Positions 1-11,400 of a stretch of DNA of 64,000 nucleotides are shown piece after piece. Under the pieces are notes generated by a model, which searched no databases, was not told where the DNA came from, and saw only the letters and a list, made by a program, of their open reading frames with translations. Source of the DNA: Pristiophorus japonicus (lineage: Eukaryota); NCBI RefSeq assembly GCF_044704955.1, contig NC_091996.1:27156001-27220000 (forward strand). Reading direction: 5' to 3'. The stretch's first letter is position 1, and every line of letters starts with the position of its first letter. The translations under genes and the position numbers were made by a program.

Positions 1-1250
1 TGTCTTCACTAATCTTTTTCTCTTCACATATCTATAGAAGCTTTTGCAGTCAGTTTTTATCTTCCTGACAAGCTTCTTCTCGTACTCTATTTTCCCCCTC
101 TTAATTAGATCCTTTGTCCTCCTCTGCTGAATTCTAAATTTCTCCCAGTCCTCAGGTTTGTTGCTTTTTCTGGCCAATTTATATGCCTCTTCCTTGGATT
201 TAACACTTTTTCTTAATTTCCCTTGTTAGCCATGGTTGAGCCACCTTCCCCATTTTATTGTTACTCCAGACAGAGATGTTCAATTGCTGAAGTTCATCCA
301 TGTGATCTTTAAATGTTTGCCATTGCCTATCCACCGTCAACCCTTTAAGTATCCTTTGCCAGTCTATTCTAGCCAATTCACGCCTCAAACCATCAAAATT
401 ACCTTTCCTTAAGTTCAGGACCCTAGTTTCTGAATTAACTGTGTCACTCTCCATCTTAATAAAGAATTTTACCATGTTATGGTCACCCTTCCCCAAGGGG
501 CCTCGCACAACAAGATTGCTAATTAGTCCTTTCTCATTACACATCACCCAATCTAGGATGGCCAGCTCCCTAGTTGGTTCCTTGACATATTGGTCTAGAA
601 AACCATCCCTAATACACTCCAGGAAATCCGCCTCCACCGCATTGCTACCAGTTTGGTTCGCCCAGTCGATATGTAGATTAAAGTCACCCATGATAACTAC
701 TGTACCTTTATTGCATGCATCCCTAATTTCTTGTTTTAGGCTGTCCCCAACCTTACTATACTGTTTGGTGGTCTGTACACAGCTCCCACTAGCGTTTTCT
801 GCCCTTTGGTATTCCGTAGCTCCACCCATATCGAGTCCACATCATCCAAGCTAATGTCCTTTCTTACTATTGCGTTAATTTCCTCTTTAACCAGCAATGC
901 CACCCTGCCTTCTTTTCCTTTCTGTCTATCCTTCCTAAATGTTGAATACCCCTGGATGTTGAGTTCCCAGCCTTGGTCACCCTGGAGCCATGTCTCCGTG
1001 ATGCCAATTACATCATACCCGTTAATTCATCCATCTTATTCCGAATACTTCTCGCATTGAGGCACAGAGCCGTCAGGCTTGTCTTTCTAACACTCTTTGC
1101 CCCTTTAGAATTTTGCTGTAATGTGGCCCTTTTTGCTTTTTACCTTGGGTTTCTCTGCCCTCCACTTTTACTTTTCTTCTTTCTATCTTTTGCTTCTGCC
1201 CCCATTCTACTTCCCTCTGTCTCCCTACATAGGTTCCCATCCCCCTGCCA
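1..1250 (-). pseudogene. CR1 ORF2 N-terminus (apurinic-like endonuclease), disrupted
   Basis: ORF 200..829(-) contains GDFN, LDWV and DH motifs and the downstream WQTFK..PWLT segment; stops and frameshifts present. Confidence 0.85.
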
Positions 1251-1252
1251 TC

Positions 1253-2199
1253 TTAGTTTAACTCCTCCCCAACAGCACTAGAAAACACTCCCCCTAGGAC
1301 ATTGGTTCCGGTCCAGCCCAGGTGCAGACCGCCTGGTTTGTACTGGTCCCACCTCCCCCAGAACCTGTTCCAATGTCCCAGGAATTTGAATCCCTCCCTT
1401 CTGCACCACTCCTCAAGCCACATATTCATCTGAGCTATCCTGCGATTCCTACTCTGACTTGCACGTGGCACTGGTAGCAATCTTGAGATTACTACTTTTG
1501 AGGTCCTACTTTTTAAATTTAGCTCCGAGCTCCCTAAATTCATCTTGTAGGACCTCATCCCCTTTTTTACGTATATCGTTGGTACCTATATGCACCACGA
1601 CAACTGGCTGTTCACCCTCCCTTTTCAGAATGTCCTGCATCCGCTCCGAGACATCCTTGACCCTTGCACCAGGGAGGCAACATACATCCTGGAGTCTCGG
1701 TTGCGGCCGCAGAAACGCCTATCTATTCCCCTTACAATTGAATCCCCTATCACTATAGCTCGCCCACTCTTTTACCTGCCCTCCTGTGCAGCAGAGCCAC
1801 CCATGGTGCCATGAACTTGGCTGCTGCTACCCTCCCCTGATGAGTCATCCCCCTCAACAGTACCCAAAGCGGTGTATCTGTTTTGCAGGGGAATGACCGC
1901 AGGGGACCCCTGCACTACCTTCCTTGCACTGCTCTTCCTGTTAGTCATCCATTCCCTATCTGGCTGTGTACCCTTTACCTGCGGTAAGACCAACTCACTA
2001 AATGTGCTATTCACTTTATTCTCAGCATTGTGGATGCTCCAGAGTAAATCACCCGCAGCTCCAGTGCTGCAATGCGGTCCGTCGGGAGCTGCAGGTGGAT
2101 GCACTTCCCACACACGTAGTCGTCAGGGACACTGGAAGAGTCCCTGACTTCCCACATAGTACAGGAGGAGCATAACACGTGTCCAAGCTCTCCTGCCAT
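1253..2199 (-). pseudogene. CR1 ORF1: zinc finger/coiled coil plus SGNH esterase, frameshifted
   Basis: MAGELGHVLCSSC..YVCGKC zinc finger from 2199; RAIVIGDSIVRG (block I, ~1765-1730); VHIGTNDI (block III, ~1595-1572); GGLHL (decayed DxxH block V). Confidence 0.85.
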
Positions 2200-2376
2200 G
2201 ACTTAACCCTTAGATAACCTTAAATTGGCAACAACAATGCTAAATGTTACTTACTGATAAAAAAGAAAAAGAAAAACTATTTACCAATCACCAGCCAATC
2301 ACTTACCCCCTTGGCTGTGACATCACCTTTCGATTTCTTTCTATTTCTTTTTTGCCTCCCTGCTGCAGCTGCACCG

Positions 2377-2634
2377 GCTGGGCCTTTTATAGGCCTCCGC
2401 CAATCCCTGGATTCCCCGCTGCTCGCACTCCTGCCTCCGGCAACTGCTGTGCCTTTTATAGGCCTCCGCCGATCCCCGGACTCCCCGCTGCTCGCACTCC
2501 TGCCTCCGGCAACTGCTGGGCCTTTTATAGGCCTCCGCCGATCCCCGGACTCCCCGCTGCTCGCACTCCTGCCTCCGGCAACTGCTGGGCCTTTTATAGG
2601 CCTCCGCCGATCCCCGGACTCCCCGCTGCTCGCA
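2377..2634 (-). repeat. 69-bp tandem monomers (~3.7 copies) at CR1 5' end
   Basis: CCTTTTATAGG recurs at 2383, 2452, 2521, 2590 (exact 69-bp period). Confidence 0.95.
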
Positions 2635-3020
2635 GTCTCTCGGAGTCGAGGATGACTTGCTTCCAAGCTAAAAATGAGTTCTCAGGTGACTGAAGAGTCC
2701 AATGCGGGACCTACAGTCTCTGTCACAGGTGGGGCAGACGGTGGTTGAGGGAACGGGTGGGTGGGGTGCTTGGGTTGTCGTGCGCTCCTTCCGCTGTTTG
2801 TACTTGGCTTCCACGTGCTCCCGACGAAGAGACTCGAGGTGTTCGCCGCCTTCAACAGATGCTCCCTCTCCACTTGGGGCGGTCTTGGGCCAGGGATTCC
2901 CAGGTGTCGGTGGGGATGTTACATTTTTTTCAAGGAGGTTTTGAGGGTGTCCTTGAAGCGTTTCCTCTGCCTACCTGGGGCTTGCTTGTCGTGTCGGAGC
3001 TCTGAATAGAGCACTTGTTT
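2635..3020 (-). mobile_element. RTE LINE 3' fragment
   Basis: Similar to RTE 3' ends at 29450-29815(+) and 51261-51640(-); minus strand encodes QRKRFKDTLK..CNIPTDTWESLA. Confidence 0.85.
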
Positions 3021-3324
3021 TGTAATGAACTAAGGTCAACTGCACTTTGTGATTAAAATGTTAGTTGTGATTAAGTTGTCACAAGGTCTGTTCAAAAAAG
3101 TTACAAAGATATCACCTTCTAAAAGTAGAGTCCCCAGGGCACAAACATATGGAAATGGAATGCTAGCCTTCCAGGCACTTTGGCAGGTAAATGTTCAAGT
3201 ATGTTTGTGCTCAATCTTGTGGATAGGAACCAGAGCAAATGACACTGTATTTTAAAAATTACCAAATGCCAAACCATTTCAGTCTTTTGTACTTTTCTGA
3301 TAACCTCTAATCCTCACCATCAGG

Positions 3325-3338
3325 AGAGAGAAAAGAAA

Positions 3339-3377
<39 letters not shown>

Positions 3378-3543
3378 CGCGAGAGTGTGAGTGAAAGAAG
3401 AGAGAGTAAAAGGAGAGAGAGTGTGAAAGGAGAGAGAGAGAGAGAGAAAAAGAGAGAGAGAGAGTGAGAAAAAGAGTGAGAAAAAGAGAGAGAGAGGAGA
3501 AGAGGGAAAAGAGAGAAAGGAGAGAGAAAAAGAATAAAGAAAG
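3325..3543. repeat. (GA)n-rich microsatellite abutting SINE 3' tail
   Basis: Purine-rich GA/GAAA tract contiguous with SINE tail AAGAAAGACTTGCATTTATATAGC. Confidence 0.9.
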
Positions 3544-3988
3544 ACTTGCATTTATATAGCACCTTTCACAACCACCAGGCATCTCAAAATACTTTATAGT
3601 CAATGAAATACTTTTGGAGTGTAGTCACTGTTGTAATGTAGGAAATGCAGCAGCCAATTTGTGCACAGCAAGCTCCCACAAACAGCAATGTGATAATGGC
3701 CAGATAATCTGTTTTTGTTATGTTGATTGAGGGATAAATATTGGCCAGGACACCGGGGATAACTCCCCTGCTCGTCTTCAAAGTAGTGCCATGGGAATTT
3801 TTAAGTTCACCTGAGAGAGCAGGTTTAACGTCTCATCCGAAAGACGGCACCTCCGGCAGTGCAGCATGCTCTCAGCACTGCACTGGAGTGTCGGCCTAGA
3901 TTTTTTGTGCTCATGTCCCTGGAGTGGGACTTGAACCCATAACAATCTGACTCAGAGGCGAGTATGCTACCCACTGAGCCATAGCTGA
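3538..3988 (-). mobile_element. tRNA-derived DeuSINE (SacSINE1-like)
   Basis: Minus: TGGCTCAGTGGGTAGC A box, GGTTCAAGTCC B box, Deu-like core (GGAGGTGCCGTCTTTCGGATGAGACGTTAAACC), tail GCTATATAAATGCAAG; multiple copies in window. Confidence 0.85.
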
Positions 3989-4718
3989 TAGGGGAATACT
4001 AATTTGTGATCTGCCTGTCAAAGGAGTGACTGGCAAAGGAACTGAGAACAGGGCTGAAGAAGCATTTCCATCTTTTCGGCTGGCCTCCATCCTGAGCCAG
4101 ATTCTCCTCAGTAGGGTTAGCATTGTTTACCTTCGGAAGCTAGACATTAAGGCTATTCGCGGTCTCAAACTTCCTGTTTATCAGCATTAACAAAGCTTAA
4201 AGAATATAAATACTGGTAAATCTGACCACCCAGGCTCCCTCCCTCCCGCCTGCCTCTCTCTTTCTCAGGGATGAAACACATTAGGAAATGAATGACTAAT
4301 TGAAAATTGGACTCCTACAAATATACTCAATAAGTCACAACAAAAATAAACCTGAAATCTCAGGGTGAAGCATTTCAACAACTGAAGCAAATTATTTTGC
4401 TTAATCTTTTACATTTACTCGTTTTGTGCCACTCCGGATATTCCGGAGTGACGAGAATGCAGCTGCCATCAAACACACCCCAATAACACTCACCATCCAT
4501 CTCTAGTATCATTGTCCACATTAAATAACATTACCAGTGACAATAATTAGCTCATCACTATAACTGGTTATTTATTGTTTATCAATAATTTCTTAGCATT
4601 ATCGGCATTTTATTTGTTACAGAACATGTTTCTTACAGTTTCAGAAACAATTATAGAATTAAACGCAGAAAATGTTAATTGTGGAAATTATTTTGTTACC
4701 AATATGGGATTGGATGAT

Positions 4719-4841
4719 TGGAATGTATTATCACATGGTTTAGTATGAGCATGCTCAGTTAGCTCTGGCCTAATAAAGCAAGCACATGGGCTCTGAACTC
4801 ATTGTGTCTGTCCTTCATTTGTTCTGCCCACATATATTGCA
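4719..4841 (+). repeat. 5' LTR of element A
   Basis: Aligns with 14929-15042 (shared AGCATGCTCAGTT..CTCTGGCCTAATAAA..TCCTTCATTT..CCCACATATATT). Confidence 0.85.
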
Positions 4842-5079
4842 CTTTGGGGACAATGATGCGGTCCCAAAGCTATTTTTAGGGACCATGGATGGACACAGTG
4901 TTCAACCTTTGAGGGGACAAGTTGAAGGTGAACTTGTGATACCTAAACTGAATCTTTGCGATGTTTTACCATTAATTCTCGTGCAGAATTGTCTGTATAC
5001 ACAGCAACAGTGGCGTTGATTCCCACAGGTACACAGGTAGCGTGCTGAGTCACTGCTCGATGGGATCGGGACAATCATG

Positions 5080-6660
5080 GCCATGTCTACGGGATTCATC
5101 GGAAGTCTCAGCGTGTATGACCGAGTTGACATTCAGTTCTTACACTGAGCAGATGGAGATGTTTTTCAGGGCTAATAACATTATTGAGACCGAAGGTGGT
5201 GCAGATGAGAATGTTCAAGCTTAAAATAAAGTAATTCGTGAATGGAAAAAAAGCTATTTTCCTAACACAGGTTGGGCCAGATGTCGATGGAACATTGACA
5301 AACCTACCCTCACCAGGGAAATCTAGGAATGCGTCGTTTGAAGACACTGTCGAGAAACTCAAGGACCATTTTGATCCAAAGCTGTGAAAATAGCAGAGAG
5401 CTACAAGTTTGGTACCAGAAACCATAACAAAGTGAAACCATCAGTGCCTACATTGTAGTTGTTGAGAACCCAGCTTTGCATTGTGTCATGTACATGCTGT
5501 TTGTAGCCACCAGATGGTGTCATTGTTGGAGGCCACTGAGCAGCACACACATGGTGCTGCGCTGGTATAAAAGGCCAGCCATTTTGTGAGTTAGGCACTT
5601 TGGGCCGTAATAAAGCAGAGCCAAGGTTGTACCTTGTTCAGTTAAACAGTATTAGCTTTGTACCTTTATTGCATACATAACACATTGTAACTTCGGCACA
5701 TTTTTGGATGGTGCGTTGCGAGATAAGTGTGTGGGGACTGGTGGATGAGCGGACACAGTTCAAGTTACTGAATACTCCGACCCAACATTTAATCTAGCAT
5801 GTAAAATTGCCCTACCTATGATGATGGTGTCCAAGAATGCTAGGGAGCTCCGTCCAACTTGAGAGACTAGTGCAGCTGAGGTCTACAGTCATAAAGTCGC
5901 CACCAAACCTAAAGCTGTGAGACCGAGTCAAACACGTGTCGGTGAGAGTAGTTTAGTGAATTATCGCTGCAATGGAAATCGCTCACCTCAGTCCTACCAA
6001 TACAGAAATGCAAAGTGTTTTCACGGTCAGAAGCAAGGCCATATTTCAACAGCTTGCAGAGCTAGATCTAAAGCAGGAAGCAAGAACCATTCCAGCAGCA
6101 ATGCAAAGCAGCGACAACAAAAGGGAGTTTGCAATATTGAAGTGAACACCTGATGAAGAACTAGGCATTTACAGTATCGAAGCCTCTAGCGGCAACATTA
6201 GTAGTCGTGAGAAAGACTTCCATACAAAATTTTTGATCAACGAACAATATATTGACATGTATCGACATGGCGGACTGCTCGATCAGGAGTGCAAGTTTAA
6301 TCAAATACCACTTACAAAGGGTACCCTAGAGTTAAAACCTACTCCGGAGAAATCCTAGAGACATGTGGACAAATGATACAATGGCCATTCAGTAAAGCTG
6401 CCTATTATTGTAGCGAGCTACAACACCCCAACTCTCATGGGCAAAGACTGGTTGAGAAAGTTAAACTAGACTGGAAAACCGTCTTCAATGTAGATATCTC
6501 AAAGAAGTGACCTGACACAATGCTGAACAAGTACGAAAACATGTTCACAGACAGTTATGAGGGCATCACTGGGTATGACGTGCATATCCACATCGGGTCC
6601 ACGCGAAGCCTGTCAATTTTAAGGCAAGGCTGGTCCCCTATGCGTTGAAAACTCAGGTGG
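5080..6660 (+). pseudogene. Element A gag/protease region, heavily decayed
   Basis: YTEQMEMFFRANNI gag start; ALHCNFG restored after removing solo LTR; degenerate knuckle CFHGQKQGHISTAC; FKARLVPYALK pre-RT motif near 6620-6650. Confidence 0.7.
5484..5682 (+). mobile_element. Solo LTR (199 bp) inserted in gag of element A
   Basis: TGTCATGTA...TACATAACA termini, TATAAAA and AATAAA inside, 5-bp TSD CATTG (5479-5483, 5683-5687). Confidence 0.88.
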
Positions 6661-6688
6661 GGGGGGAGGGGGGTGGAGGGCTGGGAAG

Positions 6689-6948
6689 TGTCATGTTTGT
6701 AACCTTCACATAACTGTAACCTTTATGTAACAACACTGTACATTGTATACACCTGAGAAATGCACACATTGACCACAGGGGGTGAACTTGTGGGAGACAC
6801 TCCTCACCTGGTCATCCAGATATATAAAGGGAGGTCCCACGCAGGGTCAGCACCTTTTGGTCCTGGGAATAAAGGTTCAGGTCACATAGTGACCTTGTCT
6901 GCAGTACATGCCTCGTGTGATTCTATAGCAAGGTGTAAGGACACTACA
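6689..6948 (+). repeat. 5' LTR of element B
   Basis: TG...CA, TATATAAAG and AATAAA; direct repeat of 12648-12905. Confidence 0.95.
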
Positions 6949-9896
6949 TTTGGCGACGAGAAACGGGAATCAACAACCCACGAGGATGGCCACCGGTAGC
7001 ACAGTGGAATGGTACTGTGTTGGTGAGGACTGGGACAATTTCGTTGAGAGGCTCCAGCAGAGCTTTGTCATGAAGGACTGGCTGGGAGAGGAAGCGGCTG
7101 ACAAGCAGAGGGCGCATCTACTGACCAGCTGTGGATCCAAGACATATGCGCTGATGAAAGACCTGCTCGCAGAAACCGGCAGACAAGTCCTTTGAAGAGC
7201 TCAGCACACTGCTCAGTGAGCACCTCAAACCGGCGAGCAGTATACACATGGCCCTGCACCGGTTCTATACACACCGGCGTCAGGAGGGACAAAACATATC
7301 GGACTTCGTTGCAGACCTTCGGCGTTTGGCCAATCTCTAAGTTCACAGACGCCTGCGGGGGGGGAGGGGGGAGATGTTACGGGATTTCTTCATTGAGGGC
7401 ATTGGTCATGCCGGGATTTTCAGGAAGCTTATTGAGACCAAGGACTTGACTTTGGAAAGGGCAGCGTTGATAGCTCAGGTCTTCATGGCAGGGGAAGAGG
7501 AGACCAAAATAATTTATGCACGCAGCCCTGGTTCCAACGTGGCAATGGACCAAGGAGTTAGCATTGTAAACGCGACTCAGAACCCCGCAGGCAGGCAAGG
7601 GCAATTCAACACCGCCCAGGCAGCAACAGACTCTAGCGTGGGCCAGCAACAGAGACAATGGCAGGGGGATCGGCAATTCACACCATCACAAGGGACAATG
7701 CGTCCCAGGACGGGACCATTGATACTAACCAACAGAGTGCTCAGGAGTAATCAAAGAGACAATCAGGGAGGAATGCCTGGTAACAGTTCCTTTGTTCACA
7801 ACAATCTCAGCTCATGCTGGAGGTGCGGTGGCAGACATGCTGCAAAAACCTGTAGGTTTCAACAATTTATCTGTAGAAACTGTAACTTCAGTGGACATTT
7901 GGCCAGAATGTGCAGAAAGCCCATAGCGAGGCTAGTTTACGAGGCAGAGGAACCAGACGAGGGGTCTGCAAGGCAGGGTGATGCTTGGGGCAAAGCTATG
8001 GATGCTGAAGTCCAGTGGGTTCATGTGGCAGACATCCACAGCTCGTATACCAAAACGCCACCTATGATGATGGAAGTCCTATTAAATGGCATCCTGGTAC
8101 ACATGGAGCTGGACACAGGAGCCAGCCAGTCACTTATGAGTGCCCAACAATTTGAAAAACTATGGCCCAAAGCTAACAGGCCCAAACTGGAAGACACTGA
8201 CACGCAGTTACGGACGTACACCAGAGAGATCATCCCAGTGCTAGGTAGTGCAAACTTGGTGGTCACACACAATGGATCGGAGAACCGGCTGCCACTCTGG
8301 ATTGTCCCGGGGAATGGTCCCGCGCTCTTGGGGAGGAGCTGGTTAGCCGAGATGAACTGGAACTGGGGGGATATGCACGCCATTTCATCTGTGGAGCGAA
8401 GTTCATGCTCACAGGTCCTACAGAAATTCGAGCCACTTTTTCAACCAGGTGTCGGGACTTTTAAGGGCACCAAAGCAGTGATACGCATCACCCCGGACGC
8501 CAGACCAGTGTGCCACAAAGCCAGAGCTGTGCCGTATGTCATGGGAGAGAAAATTGAGAGTGAGTTGGACAGGCTGCCAAGAGAGGGTATAATTTCGCCT
8601 GTTGAATTCAGTGACTGGGCAAGCCCTATCGTTCCTGTCCTTAAAGTGGATGACTCGGTCAGGATTTGTGGTGACTACAAGGCCACCATCAACCGAGTGT
8701 CACTACAGGACCAATACCCGCTTCCGAGAGCGGAGGATCTTTTTGCCACGCTGGCAGGTGGCAAGCTGTTCACCAAGTTGGACCTCACTTCAGCCTACAT
8801 GACTCAGGAACTGGCTGAAGAATCCAAGCTTCTGACCACGATCACTACGCACAAGAGGCTATTTGTTTACAACAGGTGTCCATTTGGCATTCGTTCAGCA
8901 GCCGCTATCTTCCAGAGGAACATGGAAAGCTTGCTTAAATCCAAGATGACATCCTAATCACGGGTCGAGACACCGAGGAACACCTCCACAACCTGGAGGT
9001 GGTGCTACGCCGACTAGACTGCGTAGGCTTGCGACTAAAGAAGTCCAAGTGTGTGTTTTTGGCCCCAGAGGTCGAGTTTTTGGGCAGGAAGGTTGCCGCA
9101 GACGGGATCCGGCCTACTGAATCCAAAACGGAGGTGATCCGTCGTGTGCCCAGGCCCGGCAACACATCGGAGTTGCGGTCATTCCTGGGACTCTTGAACT
9201 ACTTCGGGAACTTTCTGCCGAACTTAAACACATTGTTGGAGCCGCTACATGTGCTCCTGCGTAAGGGTTGTGAATGGTTTTGGGGGGACTGTCAAGAACG
9301 GGCTTTCAATCGGGCATGGAACCTGCTTTGTTCTAACAAGCTGTTGACCTTGTACAACCCCTGTAAGAAACTGGTTTTAACGTGTGATGCATCATCCTAT
9401 GGGGTTGGGTGCGTGTTGCAGCAGAGTAATGATGAGGGTCAACTCCAACCTGTCGCTTATGCCTCCAGGTCGCTCTCCCAGGCAGAACGGGGAAAGGGGA
9501 TGGTTGAAAAGGAAGCACTCGCATGTGTCTACGGGGTGAAAAAGATGCACCAGTAGCTTTTCAGCAGAAGGTTCGAGTTAGAAACGGATCACAAGCCATT
9601 AACATCCCTGTTGTCCGACAGCAAGGCTGTCAATGCCAATGCGTCAGCTCGCATACAGCGGTGGGCCCTCACGCTGGCTGCGTATGACTACACCAGCCAG
9701 GCACTGAAAATTGCGCTGACGCGCTCAGCAGGCTCCCACTGGCGACCACTGAGGGGACGTCGGAGCAATGCGCGGAGATGGTCATGGCCGTTGAGGCTTT
9801 CGACATGGCAGGCTCCCCCATCACAGCCCGCCAGATCAAAATCTGGACCAACAGAGATCCCCTCCTATCCCTGATAAAGAATTGTGTCCTGACTGG

Positions 9897-10252
9897 TACC
9901 CGTGATTAGGATGTTATCTTGGAATACGTTTGTTCCAGAAATGGATTGAAGCAAGCTTTCCATGTTACTCTGGAAGATAGCGGCCGCTGAACGAATGCCA
10001 AACAGACACCTGTTGTAAACAAATAGCCCCTTGTGCGTAGTGATGGTGGTCAGAAGCTTGGATTCTTCAGCCAGTTCCTGAGTCATATAGGCTGAAGTGA
10101 GGTCCAACTTGGTGAACAGCTTGCCACCTGCCAGCGTGGCAAAAAGATCCTCCGCTCTCGGAAGCGGGTATTGGTCTTGTAGTGACACTCGGTTGATGGT
10201 GGCCTTGTAGTCGTCACAAATCCTGACCGAGTCATCTGCTTTAAGGACAAGA
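9897..10252 (-). mobile_element. Inverted copy of element-B RT segment
   Basis: Reverse complement matches ~8636-8965 (SVRIC.DYKATINRVSLQDQYPLP...) and retains FQDNILITG. Confidence 0.92.
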
Positions 10253-11400
10253 GATCGGTGTACAAAATCAAAGCGCATGGTATTGGGGGTAATGTACTGA
10301 CGTGGATAGAGAACTGGTTGGCAGACAGGAAGCAGAGAGTCGGGATAAACGGGTCCTTTTCAGAATGGCAGGCAGTTACTAGTGGGGTGCCGCAGGGCTC
10401 AGTGCTGGGACCCCAGCTCTTTACAATATACTTTAACGATTTGGATGAAAGAATAGAGTGTAATATCTCTAAGTTTGCGGATGACACTAAACTGGGTGGT
10501 GGTATGAGCTGTGAGGAGGATGCTAAGAGGCTGCAGGGTGACTTGGACAGATTAGGTGAGTGGGCAAATACATGGCAGATGCAGTATAATGTGGATAAAT
10601 GTGAGGTTATCCATTTTGGGGGCAAAAACACGAAGGCAGAATATTATCTGAATAGCGGCAGATTAGGAAAAGGGGAGGTGCAATGAGACCTGGGTGTCAT
10701 GGTTCATCAGTCACTGAAAGTGGGCACGCAGGTACAGCAGGCAGTAAAGAAGGCAAATGGTATGTTGGCCTTCATAACTAGGGGATTTGAATATAGGAGC
10801 AGGGAGGTCTTACTGCAGTTGTACAGAGGCCTCATCTGGAATATTGTGTTCAGTTTTGGTCTCCTAGTCTGAGGAAGGACGTTCTTGCTATTGAGGGAGT
10901 GCAGCGAAGGTTCACCAGACTGATTCCAGGGATGGCTGGGCTGACATATGAGGAGAGACAGGATCAACTGGGCCTTTATTCACTGGCGTTTAGAAGGATG
11001 AGAGGGGATCGCATAGAAACATATAAGATTCTGACGGGACTGGACAGGTTAGATGCGGGTAGATGGTTCCTGATGTTGGGGAAGTCCAGAACCAGGGGAC
11101 ATAGTCTTAGAATAGGGGGTAGGCCATTTAGGACTGAGATGAGGAGAAACTTCTTCACTCAGAGAGTTGTTGACCTGTGGAATTCCCTACCGCAGAGAGT
11201 TGTTGATGCCAGTTCATTGGATATATTCAAGAGGGAGTTAGATATGGCCCTTACGGCTAAGGAGATCAAGGAGTATGGAGAAAAAGCAGGAAAGGGATAC
11301 TGAAGGAATGATCAGCCATGATCTTATTGAATGGCGGTGCAGGCTCGAAGGGCCGAATGGCCTACTCCTGCACCTATTTTCTATGTTTCTATGTTTCTAT
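10247..11400 (+). mobile_element. 5'-truncated CR1/HER1 LINE with (TTCTATGT)n tail
   Basis: GVPQGSVLGP, KFADDTKL, WNSLP motifs; 3'UTR and octamer tail 11379-11400. Confidence 0.93.

Larger units (their letters stand above)
1..2634 (-). mobile_element. CR1/HER1-type LINE, 5' half (5'UTR, ORF1, start of ORF2); continues beyond left window edge
   Basis: Minus-strand ORF1 and ORF2 APE-endonuclease motifs (VIMGDFNLH, AILDWVMCN, GDHNMV) in the correct order; 5' end carries tandem monomers. Confidence 0.93.

Noticed and set aside
2244-2693. ORFs with 23-aa repeats; superficially CRISPR-like periodicity
   Set aside because: Units are near-identical throughout with no unique spacers; the ORFs stay open only because 69 is a multiple of 3 and the unit is GC-rich
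3279-3603. Ser/Leu/Phe-rich ORFs
   Set aside because: Translation of the GA microsatellite and SINE
6655-6688. G-run tract (G4-capable) at the element B insertion site
   Set aside because: Single instance; likely homopolymer slippage, no evidence of targeting
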